Below are positions 1 to 12,449 of a stretch of 64,000 nucleotides of DNA, piece by piece. The notes under the pieces were generated by a model. That model was given only the letters and a program-made list of their open reading frames with translations. It searched no databases and was not told the DNA's origin. The position numbers were made by a program, and so were the translations under genes. Origin of the DNA: the human T2T-CHM13v2.0 reference genome, Homo sapiens; assembly GCF_009914755.1 (NCBI RefSeq), contig NC_060930.1; one strand, written 5' to 3'. Within the stretch, counting starts at the first letter, position 1. Every line of letters begins with the position of its first letter.

Positions 1-66
1 TGACACAGAGTCTCGCTCTGTCGCCGAGGCTGGAGTGCAGTCGTGTGATTTTGGCTCACTGCAACC
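1..66 (-). mobile_element. Alu 3' fragment
   Basis: gagtctcgctctgtcgccgaggctggagtgcag; stops after cactgcaacc. Confidence 0.85.
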
Positions 67-142
67 TTAGGGACTATTACCTTTTATTTGTATTGCAGGG
101 AAATGTGCTTTCATTATAACAACTATTAAGATATAATCATGT

Positions 143-232
143 TGTGTGTGTGTGTATGTATATACATACATATATATATGTACTCTATATATATATACAC
201 ATACATATATATATATGTATATATATATATAT
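143..232. repeat. (TG)n/(TA)n compound microsatellite
   Basis: Seen directly. Confidence 0.95.
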
Positions 233-516
233 AAAGTATCCCCTCCTCTAGTGAGGTGCTCCTTGAGGATATTACAGTGCCTTTTCATCTTGTATCTGCT
301 GGTGCCTGCACTGAGAATACATAGAATGAATGACTGAATCCTGTTTTTACAGTGACAAGAAAGTAAAAAGTTAAGAAACTATAAAAGCACTAAACAGGAC
401 AGAAATTAGGGCTCAGAACTTCTGTCAGTTCTAAAATCACTAGGGAATGCCCACAGCAGTCTAAAATACAGTAATCAACAGGTGAAGTCACTCCGACCAT
501 AAGATTTAGTACATAC

Positions 517-717
517 CTTCTGATGAAGAGAAAGCACCATATGTGGAAAACTTGCAAACTGGAAAAGCACAAAGAAAATGAGCTGACTTGAGAGATGCTG
601 CCACAGGAGTTGGCTTGTTCCCCCATCGTCAAACTTCTCCTCGGTCTCAGATCGCTCCATGGCATAAACAACCAGATCCACCAACTGGTCCTCCAGCACA
701 GGGCAGCGCTGCTTGTG
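517..717 (-). CDS. MED23: MED23 next constitutive coding exon (HKQRCPVLEDQ...LSLHQK); gene continues beyond the left edge
   Basis: 201 nt; CAG acceptor, GTATGT donor; overlaps ORF 475..699. Confidence 0.98.
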
Positions 718-3700
718 CTGTAGGGCAGAGATTAAATACAGTATTCCAAAAGCCTCTCGGTTAGTTTCAGAAGTTACCAGTTAATGGGCATTAATTGTAA
801 CAAGAGGCTGAGAAGCACGGAATGAAGTTGAACTTAAGAAGTCAAGGTTAGATTTAGTCTATTAAAGCTGCATCATGTTATATTATTATACAGGATAAGC
901 TTCATGAAAAAATGTTTTCAGGTTTCCTACAAAACAGACTTCCCATTAACTTTTGACTTCCACTATGGACATCATTGTTTCAATTTGACAAAGGGCAATG
1001 CATAGTAGAGAATTTTGTTATTTATCCTTTGGAAAAAGATAACATTTTAAAGGGCATATGAAACAGGGATAGCAGTATTAATTTTGCAATCTAAGTCAAA
1101 AGATGAAAACCCTGGATTTACAGGCATCAAACATTGTGACAGAACAAATAAAGCAGTTATGTGAATCTCTTTATTTTAAAGTAACCCCTATAAGTTTACA
1201 CTAACTTTATATACAGAGGTATATCTAAATAGCTACCAGATTATTCAACATCTGTTTTCAATGTGTGGTATTCGTCCTGATACTGAAATGGAAACTTCTT
1301 CCACAAGAGGAAAAAAAATTGATCTCTCTGCTCTTCCTTCTTGGAAGCCAAACATAATGCAGCTTTAATTTTAAATTAGACCACTTTAAAATCTAAAACA
1401 AGAAAAAGAATTGAGTTTAAACACTAAAAATGAGAATGCAACTTCCCTTTCTAGAGGCAAAAAGATCTGTGCTTTTAAAAGTGATTTAAAAAATATATTT
1501 TTACCAAAAGAAATATGTTAAGCCATGTTTAAGCCATTTTCATATTTCCTTTATAAATATGTTATATGACTTAGTAGCAGGCAGTTGGAAGCCCTTCTAG
1601 TGAATACAATTACTAATACAGATCTTTCCCCCTAAACTTTAGATGTGATTATCAGTCTTTTGCCATGAAAAAGGGATATGATTTTTTCAAATTTAGGGAA
1701 AAAAATGCAAAATGGGGACAAATTTGGAAATAAACAAGACATAATGAATAGCATCCCCTCTTTTGCATGCTCTTTGCCAGCTCCAAACTTGTAAGCTCCA
1801 ATATAGCTGTAGTTTCTTAAAGCATGCAAATAAAACAAACATCTATCCAAATGATAAGCATCAATGGTTGTTTCATATTTTTTCCAAAAACACAATGCCA
1901 TGACCACAGTTCAATCACATTACAGGTTTACAAATAGCAATATTAACACCACCAGTTGAGACTACAGTACTTTTCCTCCAAATGTAATTATCATTATGAA
2001 GCAGAGCAAAGTGCAACAGACAACACTACAGACTATTTCTTAAATCAGCATGCAAAACTACTGTGTACAGGGCTTGAAATTCACTAGTTCTGCCAACCAC
2101 CAACAACCTAAGAAATGTGTCAGACAACACAAATTTAGAGTGAGATCATTCAAAGTATACAGAGTCAGAAAAAATTGTGAAAAGAAGTAAAGCCAGGATT
2201 TCCAGTAGGAATTTTTCACTAGTGATGGGAATTTGCTTCCAGTTTGGAAACTGACCAATTTGTCATCTATTTCTCCATCCATAATGGTCTTCCATCAATC
2301 TGCTTTAGGAAAAAAGAGCAAACTAAATAAAACTAGTTTTTAGCACTTGAGTCACTTTGGAGTTTCCTTTTTTAGTATTAGCTATTTAAGAAAAAAACTG
2401 GATTTTCACCTACATATTTTTAGGCATGTAGTGATTATCATACAGTTAATGATTTTAAAAGGAAAGCAAAAATAGTACGATTTTGACAAAGCAAGAACAA
2501 CTAGGAAATTTACAGTTAAAGCTGATGGTCTTTCAATATATGCCATGACTCAAGATTACCCTTAACTTTTCTGTCAAAAATTAAGTCAGGAATATCTACA
2601 GTACCTAATGCTCCGGTACCTGATGGTAGCAGAAGAGCTATCAGGATTAACTACAAATTTCCCAGGTGTTTTTGGTTAAAACCAAGGATATTTCTCAAAT
2701 CAAGTTTAAAGACAGCTTAAATATGTTGCTTTATCTGCAAATTTTGGTAACATCAAAAAAAAAAAAAGAAAAGTCTGAGATACAAAATGATCTGTGTTGC
2801 TACTTCAGAATAATAAACTGCTTTAGTTTTCAATTATTTAAAGACAGGTACATTAAAATTAAGACTCTCTACTACATAGCAGATGGTTTTACAAAGTGGA
2901 ACAAACATTTGTAAAGCAGTTTCAGAATCTATGAATAAAAGTTAACTGTCAATCACTAGGCTAAGATTATTTCATAAGCCAATGGATGCTATCCCTATGA
3001 CTGTTCACATCTTGTTTTGTGAAAGCTTTGGTGAATTTAAGTCTTCAAAATACTGACATATATAGTTAAATTTGTTAGTGTACATCATAACTATATGCCT
3101 ATTTAGTTAAAACCTGTTTTAAGAATATTTACATTCAATATTTTAACAATTCTATTTCTACCTAGTAGCCCAAACTATACTGAAACTTCATTTAATATTT
3201 TCAGCTTTGATAAAAGCTAAAAATCAGGCAAAAGACATTAATAGAAACATTAATATTAACCCTCGACCTATGCCCAATTCCTTCCCAGCACTATTTCAAA
3301 TGGCAAATGATGTCGCTTTTCAGTCTTAGCATCTCATATCCTATATTGAGTGGTACTTGACGCTTTTCATGTACAGTTCTCATAATGCTTTTGCAGTGAA
3401 ATTTTAACATACTGTACTTAGGTGAGCTTAATTTTAAATTATTTCAGTGATGTAAATAAATTTTAAAATAATATCTATTCAGGAGAAGTTGGGAAGAAAA
3501 ATTCTTTTCAATGTCATTTTCTCTTTCAAAATCATATTCTCTGCTTTAACCAAGAAAGTTACCCATAATCAGAATAATTTCAAAGAGAAACTTACTGATT
3601 AACATAAGATCAAATGAATGATGAATACTTCACTGTCTCATAGTAGCCAGGGTTCACACACCACACTATGTAAGAGCTTGAGGAGTGTATCTGTTTTGTA

Positions 3701-5793
3701 GTGCTTTTATTCAGCAGAAAGAATACAAACTCTCGTGTAAGCACATAAAAAAGATTTTTCCATTGTGAGTTGAAGTCTAACGCTCCACCTTGCAGGTCAT
3801 GAAACTGGGCTATTTATGACTTGCTGAATGTAACCAATATTAGCATAAAATATAACTCAATTCCTACTGGAAAATGTAATATGAACAGCTCTTAAGGTTT
3901 CAAAAGCTGTGAGTAAATTATCACATTGCTAGAGAAAGGACAAGAAAGTATAGTGTAGGATGTAGTTCTGTAATGATAAAAGATGTGATAAGATGACTTG
4001 GTTATCTTTAATCATATGCTTCTTATACTGTGTGTTCTCGTTTTCTAGTCTACTTTCCAGTAGGTAAAAATATCAAGTCAACTGAGCATATTATCTTCTG
4101 TCTACACATCCCCTAACTAAAAGTTTTCTATGAAAACGATTACTGATGAATTGTGAATTTTTGACAATGTTTACACTACAGTGGTACCAATACTAATAAT
4201 GTTCTGTCAGCATTTCCATTATAAACTTTATTTTTTATGGATTTATGTCTTAGTCATAAACTTTTTTTAGGTTGAAACTTGTTACCGAAATGATCAGATC
4301 AGAAATACTCTCAATTGTTTTGTCAATTTCTAGTTTGAGAAGAGCTGCCCGCCCCCAAGAGAAAAAAGCTTAGGATAGCTAAGGATATCTGGGGGAGGGT
4401 ATTTGCAGCTCAAATGACCATGGGTACATTTATCCACCAAACTGTAAAAAAATTGAGTCCAGTATGACTTAAGGTTCACTGTAAAAATTAGTTTTAAAAC
4501 ATAGCATGAAGCATTCTTTCAAAGTTAACTGAATACTTACCTCTAATTCAATGAAAGTTGATCAGAATTAATGACTTGGTATTTAAGATGTTAAATTGAC
4601 AGATTATATGAGGTACCTGTCAGATACTCTAGTGTGAAGCAGTTTCAGTTTCACATGTACAAAAGCTTGTCCAAACAAGGAAACTTGGCAAATTTTTCAG
4701 AAGAAAAAACTTAAAATAATAAAAGAGATACTGCTATTAGGGTGAGGTTTGGCATGCAAAGTTTCAACACTGAGCAAGTTTTATGGCCAAGCTATATGTC
4801 CTTAAAAATAGGGCTTTATAAATGGAAGCACTGGCACAACCTTCACTATAGTATTGCAAACAGTAACGCTATTTTATATAACCTAGACAAGAACGTCTTT
4901 TTAAAATCAAAAAGCTGGTCTATTTTAATATGTTGGGCTCAAAAATTTTTAACAAAAATAATTGGAACCACTATTTTGTTTAAAATATCAAAGGTGAAAA
5001 GTCCTGGAACAGACTTGGGACTGTTAAGAGTTTGATTTATAAAGTTTGGCCATAGTGTTTTTCTCCCACCACAGGTGAGCTCCAGTTGAGAGGAGCTCAC
5101 TCTAGGAGGAAGGCACTTCTGGCAAAGACTGACAAAGAAGGGTGTTTGTCAAGCAGGTGTGGGGTCACCTAAGAGTCTGACATTTCTTAGTCAATCCCCA
5201 TGTTTCCAAAAAAGCCTTTCCTGTATAAAGTTTACCACTCCAACTTTTAAAAGCAGCATATCTCTATTAAAGTGCCTTTTTTCTCTTTTTTGTGTTGTTT
5301 TTAATTTGTTTTTGTTTTAAGGCAAAGCAACATAAGTATTTTTGTTGTTGTTATTTTTCTTTATTTGTTTTAGTAGTCTGGAAAGATAAAGGCCACCACA
5401 AATCTTTCCATCTCTGAAAATTCCACCAGGCTAGCTTTAGCCCTAAAGTAGGAAAAAGTAAATGGAGTGGGAAGGAAAAATAAACCATCAAAAAGTGACA
5501 GGCTTCATTGAGTGCCAGGTGTTGTCTCTTTGTTACCAAAAAAAAAAAAAAAAAAGAAAAAAAAAGAAAAAAGAATATTAAAATAACAAACACCAAAAAA
5601 ACAAAAACAAAAACAATCCACCAAAAATAACTCTCATATCCCAAGAAGAAATCGTTTTTTAGTGGCCTTGGTCTCAGCATGGTCCTGCCAATTTCAAGCC
5701 CCGACCATACACGTATTCTCTAAATGGAATCAGTGGCTACAAAGCGGCCAGCGTATCGTTAGTCACAATACAACAGTAAGGTTGTGAACATAC

Positions 5794-5811
5794 CTGAGCA
5801 ATGTTCAAGGT
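5794..5811 (-). CDS. MED23: MED23 alternative 18-nt microexon (TLNIAQ)
   Basis: Minus strand reads ...AATGCTCTAG|ACCTTGAACATTGCTCAG|GTATGT; phase 0-0; long pyrimidine tract upstream; matches the 6-aa insert I recall from the longer MED23 isoform. Confidence 0.9.
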
Positions 5812-5972
5812 CTAGAGCATTGGAGGATGGGCAGGACAAGACAGGACAGAACAAAAATAAAGGAAGAAAAAAAGAAAAGACAAAACAGTGACTATGAGGC
5901 CAGCCTCAAGGAACCCAGAGTCAGCACAAACCCTCCCACATGTTAAACCACCAAAAACAAGCAAACACACAC

Positions 5973-6008
<36 letters not shown>

Positions 6009-6376
6009 GCAAGAAGGCCACGCTGAAGATACCAAGGGTTATATAAAAATAGACACCCAAACAACAAAAAAAGTCAAAAATTATGGTTGAGTCATGTGTA
6101 GGTTTCTCTGGCAAAAGGTATACTTGAAACTGGCCTTATAGAAAAAAAAGCAATGCAAAATAAACCAACTTTAAAAATTTTTCTTTTTAAATTTAAACAT
6201 TCTTAAAGCAATATATAAATGATAGGAATAATACATTGTTTAAAAAACCATGTATATTTTTAAAAGTCACTAAATAGTTCTTAACTGTTTTGCTCAGTTA
6301 GCTATAGCAAAGAAAAGAGAAAAGAATAGTGCAGATTCTATGCAGAATTTACTAGGTTTCCAGCATAGTACAGTAC

Positions 6377-6472
6377 CTGCTTATTTAAACCTAGCATATT
6401 GCAGACCATATCCCTGGAATAAGGCTGCTCCAATACATATCTCAACAAAGCAGTCTGTGGTTCAAACAGATC
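6377..6472 (-). CDS. MED23: MED23 coding exon 10 (DLFEPQTAL...GLNKQ)
   Basis: 96 nt; AAG acceptor, GTACTG donor; lies within ORF 6338..6565. Confidence 0.97.
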
Positions 6473-6930
6473 CTTTAAAGAAAATAAGAAAATCATTGCT
6501 TCAAGATCAATGTCAACATTAATCCAAATTATTAGAAATGAGATTAAAAAATCCTCTAAAGGCACTTGTTACCTTCACAGAGTAGGCAGTATCTAGTGGG
6601 AAAAAAATCATAGGATTTTAGTGCTTACAGTTCATCTGTTCCCACCCCTCATTTGCCTCATTTGACACCTGAGATGAAGTGGCTTGCCCCAAGGTCATAC
6701 AGAGGGTAACAATAAAGATAACACTAGCACCAGACCTTCCAATCCCCCTTCCCCAGTGCACTTTCTACTATCCTTTCCCTGAAAACGCAGAAGGTTTAAA
6801 TTTTTTAAATTTTAGCATCTCACTAATGTCAATTTATATAGATTTTGTCCTAGGTGCTCATGTTTCCTAGACATAAAGAAGCATCATTAATAATATCTTT
6901 GCTTCCTTTCTGTTAAAACTTAACAAGTCA

Positions 6931-7313
<383 letters not shown>

Positions 7314-8876
7314 AATAATGCTAGAAAGTGACATTAAAAACAAAATCTTTTTCAGAGTTTTCCAAATGACAGGCTGAATATTTATTCAATGTCTTGAATA
7401 TAGACCAATCAATTCCCTATTTTCCTAGTAAGATTCAAAAAACAGCTTTTTAGCTTAAAGCATATCAACTTTTTGAGAAGTAGATGAAACAGTGATAAGC
7501 CTAGTTATATTTGTTAATTTTGCCTGCCCATACTTAAAATATATTAATTTAAAAATATTAATTTATATTTAATTTATATTTATTAAATATATTAATTTAG
7601 AAGGATTTCATTTTAGTTTATTCTAACTCTTCCATGATGCTAGATGGTTTCTAAGTCATCTTACGGCTTTCTAGAGCACATCGTTTTCATTTCTATCTGT
7701 GTCGCTGGGGACATAGCATTTTGATAGAGTCAATGAAAGTTTTTCTTCTTATCAACCTCAAGTACTATTTGCATAATGTTAGCTGGATTTTTTTAAATGT
7801 CCCCTTAGGTGGATGGACGGATAGATAGAAAAAAAAAAACACTTCATATACCGATTTTTAAGATAATCTTTAAAAGACTATGCTATTGTAACTATGATGT
7901 AAAAACCTTAGAAACAGTTACGGCATTAAATTTCTTTTTTTTTTTTTCTTTTAAATTCATTCCCATCAGCCTGTAATCCCTCTCTATTCACCCCATCTAC
8001 CAGAATGTCTTTGTTTACTGTTCCTTTCTTCATTTTAACAGTAAAATGTCTGGGAAAGGGGTCTGAGTACATAAGCATTCACTTCAATGTGCTAATTTTA
8101 AAGAATTCCTGAGGCATTTAAAAACAGAATAACCAAAGTGACTGTTTTACAAAGACATTCTTATAGCAAGAGTTGACAATGTAGATATAGTTGTAAAAAG
8201 AGCAACTAGGCCCAAAAAATTATCAGTTCAGTCAGCAAGACTGCTCACTAATGCAACAATTTAGAGGGACTGGTGCCCCTTAAAGGGTATATCAAAATTT
8301 CAGTGATTTGAAAAAGCATACCCTCGTCCCTTTAGGGTTAAACTCAGAAATGTGACTTCAGATATAGTCACATTAGTCTTAAGTATCATTGTAAGGAAGT
8401 AATTTTCTGCTCGGAAATGTAATCTAAGAAGAATGGAGACAGTTTCTAAATTCTGTTTTACAAGTGTAAACAAAAACACTATTTCCAAATTTGGAAAGAC
8501 AAATAACTTGATAGCACAGGTGTTAAGAGTGTAGATTCTGGAATTAGACTGAGTTCACATTTAAAAAGCTCTACTACTTTTAAAATGTGAGGACTTAATC
8601 AAGGAATCAATTTAAAATTTCAGTTTGCCATTTAAAATTTCAGTTTCTCACCTCCAAATACTTTGCCAGAGGTGGACCACTGGAGCATAAACACCCACAA
8701 TAGCATAAACCACAGGGTATATTTAGATACTAGAATAACATGATAAACTATAAACTATCTTTCATTAAATATTTACTTCTTCAGATTATGAAGCAACAAT
8801 TTAGCATCACATATCTTATAATCTAGGTTGAAGACTGTCAGATGGACTAAAAGTGCCATTATATTTAGCAACATAC

Positions 8877-8989
8877 CTTATCATATGGCAAAAGGCCTTT
8901 CAAAGGAAAACGAAGAGTAGCAGGATCCAGTTTCCATGAATTACAAATGGCACCCGAATTATTTACAACTGGCAGAAGACTACAGCGAC
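8877..8989 (-). CDS. MED23: MED23 coding exon 9 (GRCSLLPVV...LPYDK)
   Basis: 113 nt; CAG acceptor, GTATGT donor; lies within ORF 8865..9047. Confidence 0.97.
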
Positions 8990-9228
8990 CTGTATGTATT
9001 ACAAAAATGTTTTTAAGTAAATGTGAACACAGCAGTACTTCATTCACTTCACAAATATTTAATGAACATATATGCTGAAATAGGCATTGGTTTGGTTTAA
9101 AAATGGCTTATAAAAATGTTTCAATGAGACTGAAGGTTGGGAATTTTATTTTTAGTTCAGATAGTTGAAGATCAATTTGCACAGGCTTTCCAAAGTTGAA
9201 AATATCGCATTTTGTCTAAATGTCTAGG

Positions 9229-9416
9229 GCAGAGATCAGCCAACTATAATCCATGGGCCAAATCCAGCCTGGCACCTGTTTTTGTAAAGTTTTATTGGAA
9301 CACAACTGCTTTTGCAGTCCAATGGCAGAGCTGAGTAGCTGCAACAGATTCTGTAGCCTACGAAGCTTAAAATATTTACTACATGGCCCTTTACAGGAAA
9401 AAGTTTAAGACCACTA
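9229..9416 (+). mobile_element. MER58A-like hAT DNA transposon
   Basis: gggccaaatccagcctg...gttttattggaacaca...aaaatatttactacatggccctttacag resembles the MER58A consensus as recalled. Confidence 0.75.
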
Positions 9417-10296
9417 GTCCAGTGTCAACATGATTAAACTTTATGCACGATATTCCTAGAGGCCTTAGATGTCACATATGACTATCAGCTCATACATCCA
9501 ACTGCCTAACAAATATCGTCACTTGGATGTCCTACAAGCACCTCAAGCTTAACATGTCTCAAATTCATCATCCTTCTCCAACCTACTTTGCTTCCATAAT
9601 TCACTACATGATATCAATATCCACTCAGTTACAAAAGCTAGAAACCTGATAATTATCTGTCTAGTGTCTATTTAGATTGTATTTGTATTTTCAGTATCTA
9701 GAATAGCACCTGGCTTATAGGAAGTACTCAATATTTGATCACTGAATAAACAATGGTCTATATTTCCACACAGTTGAGGTCACCATGATTTCTAGAAATA
9801 ATTAAAGAGGATATGTGGGCACTGCAAAAATTGCCAAATCACATGGTTATTTTTAAAAGAAAGTTCAGAGACTCTAACAAAACATGGGAAAATGCGAAAG
9901 GAAAAGCAAAAGTGGGAATTAGAATGGGCTGAGTGAGCCTGACACTTTCACGTTCTGTAGCCACAGAGGGACAGGTCTGTTCAGACTTCCAGCTGCCTAG
10001 AAATTCCATGGTGCTTTACTAGCTGTATTAAAATGTCTTTCTAATCACCAAGAAACCCACTTCTAGAATGGTTTTAAATGAAGCTTAAACCCATTCCAGA
10101 GAGTTTCTTTTTCCTCCCTGTACTTGGCACACAGAGTAAGTGAAAACAAGGGAAAGGCATTATATTAAGCTCTTAGAGAGTCACCAAAATGACAAGCCAC
10201 CAAGGCACATATTAAGAGAACATCCCTCAGCTTTGTTCAATAATTAGATTACTAAAAATCAGGTACTATTTGGCATATTTAAAATTATAATCCTAC

Positions 10297-10366
10297 CACA
10301 AATGGAGTTTATCCTTGCTGTGGGCCTGAAGGTATCCACAAAGTCTGATACTAGGTTTCCAAGTAA
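10297..10366 (-). CDS. MED23: MED23 coding exon 8 (LLGNLVSDF...INSIC)
   Basis: 70 nt; TAG acceptor, GTAGGA donor. Confidence 0.97.
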
Positions 10367-10762
10367 CTAAAGAGAGAAAGAAAGAGGGAAGTCAAATAAA
10401 TACGTACAAAAGGAAAATTGAGACTGCCCCTGAAATATATGAACATTTATATAAAATGAGATAATATATGTAAAGATTGCACATGATAACTGTTTAAAGG
10501 TTAGCTCCCTTTTGCTTCCTTCTAAAAAATCACTCGCCAGTTCATCTGTCCCTTAATTAAACCAAGTCACACCACCATATCCTTAGCTATTTGATGAAGC
10601 TGATCATATTTTATTACATGGCATATAAATTCTCAATGGAAATGGAAATGAAAGAAATACATCATGATTAAAAATATACATATTATCTAAGGATAAAAGT
10701 CATCATTAAAAAAATAAGCACACAAAAATAAGATTAATATAACTGTTTTTTATAAAATACCC

Positions 10763-11059
10763 TTTTTTGTGTGTGAGACAGGGTCTCGTCCTTTTGCCGA
10801 AGCTAGAGTACAGTGGTGTGATCACAGCTCACTGCAGCCTCAAACTCCTGGTTTCAAGTAATCCTCCCACCTCAGCTCCTGAGTAGCTGGGGCTATAGGC
10901 ATGTGCTACTATGCCTGGCTAATATGTGTGCGTGTGTTTTTTAATGTTTTGCAGAGACAGAGTCTTGTTATGTTACCCAGGTTGGGTCTTGAACTCTTGT
11001 CCTCAAATCATCTTCCCACCTTTGCCTCCCAAAGTGCTGTGAGCCACGAAGCCCAGCCG
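10763..11059 (-). mobile_element. Alu (AluJ-like)
   Basis: Antisense dimer. Confidence 0.93.
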
Positions 11060-11097
11060 AAAATTTTTATTAAAAATTCAGGAAATATAAAATTTAC

Positions 11098-11199
11098 CCA
11101 GTGTGGAAGTTTGCCTTCAGGATACAGTTTCCTGATCTCAGTGACTGCAAAATAGGCTGGTAATAAGCAGGCATTTCTTTCCAAGATATATGCTATAAC
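11098..11199 (-). CDS. MED23: MED23 coding exon 7 (VIAYILERN...KLPHW)
   Basis: 102 nt; TAG acceptor, GTAAAT donor. Confidence 0.97.
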
Positions 11200-11274
11200 C
11201 TAAGAAAAACAAAAAGGCCACATCATTCTTGACTAGTCCCACATATAAGCCCTTTATTTTATTTATTATCATTA

Positions 11275-11571
11275 TTTTTTTTTTTTTTTGAGACAGGGTC
11301 TTGCTCTGTTGCCCAGGCTTGGAGTGCAGTGGCGTAATCATGGCTCACTACATCTTCAACCTCTGGGGCTCCAGTGGTGTTCCCACCTCAGCCTCCAGAG
11401 TAGCTGGGACTATAGGTGTATGCCAGCAGGCCCGGCTAACTTTTTAATTTTTTGTAAAGACAGGGTCTCCCCAGGATGTCCTGGCTGGTCTCTAACAATG
11501 GGCTTAAATGAGCCTCCCGCCTTGGCCTCCCAAAGCACTGGGATTACAGACATGCGCCACTGCATCTGGCC
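11275..11571 (-). mobile_element. Alu (AluJ-like)
   Basis: Antisense dimer with poly-T. Confidence 0.93.
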
Positions 11572-11639
11572 CATGTGAGCGTTTTAAACACTACAATGAC
11601 AATGACAACAAAAAAGACATTAAAAAGTAGAGATGTTAC

Positions 11640-11860
11640 TTTCTGGAGAGATGTTGGTCAAAGGACAAAATTTCACTTTGACAAGAGGAATAAGTTCAAG
11701 AGACCTACTGGACATTATGGTGACTATGGTTAATAACGATATAGTGTATACTTCAAAATTGCTAAGAGAGTAGATTTTAAGTGTTATCATTATAAAAAAA
11801 TAAGTATATATAATATATATACACACACACAGACAATTGCTACTTGTCAATTAAAATAAA
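11640..11860 (+). mobile_element. L1MA-type 3' end fragment
   Basis: aggaataagttcaagaga...ttgctaagagagtagattttaagtgtt; degenerate TSD tagagat(g/a)tta on both sides. Confidence 0.75.
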
Positions 11861-12350
11861 ATATAGAGATATTATTTAATGGATTTATTGGGTTTCAACT
11901 GTAGCAAAGAATACATTTATATGTAAAAAATATCTAAAAATAAAGATTAATAAACAATGGAATGGATTGTTCATGGTTAGTAAATAACCTTGCACATGCT
12001 TTAAATATTGGCACACTTAAACAGGAGTGCAACAGACCAACGTAACAATTCTTGCGATACTAGTTACAAAGTACAAAGATCTTTTAAGTGGTCCATATGC
12101 TAAGGTCTTGTAATGTTTAAGCTATTTTAATTTCTATTTCATTGTTTTCATAATTTAAAACCATGAATTAAAATTTAAAATGTCCTTTTGAAATATAAGG
12201 GAACTAGCATCTTTTAAAATAGAAGTGATTTTTTTTTGGTAGAAGAAATAGAGCATCTCACAAAATACCGTAAGTATTAAAAGCACAGACCTAAACAAAG
12301 CTAGACTTTTTTGAGGTTATGATCACGAATTTCAGACATGTCTAAATTAC

Positions 12351-12449
12351 CTCTCTTGCTGCCAGAAGCTGCTGTACAACAGCAGAGCTCACTGTATTAG
12401 GAATTGTCAAAATCTTCTCCAAAATCACTTTTAAGAGATCTCGAACACC
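12351..12449 (-). CDS. MED23: MED23 coding exon 6 (GVRDLLKV...LAARE)
   Basis: 99 nt; CAG acceptor, GTAATT donor. Confidence 0.97.

Noticed and set aside
7535-7600. AT-only quasi-palindromes (also ~50460-50495 and ~63140-63260)
   Set aside because: Low complexity; expected by chance
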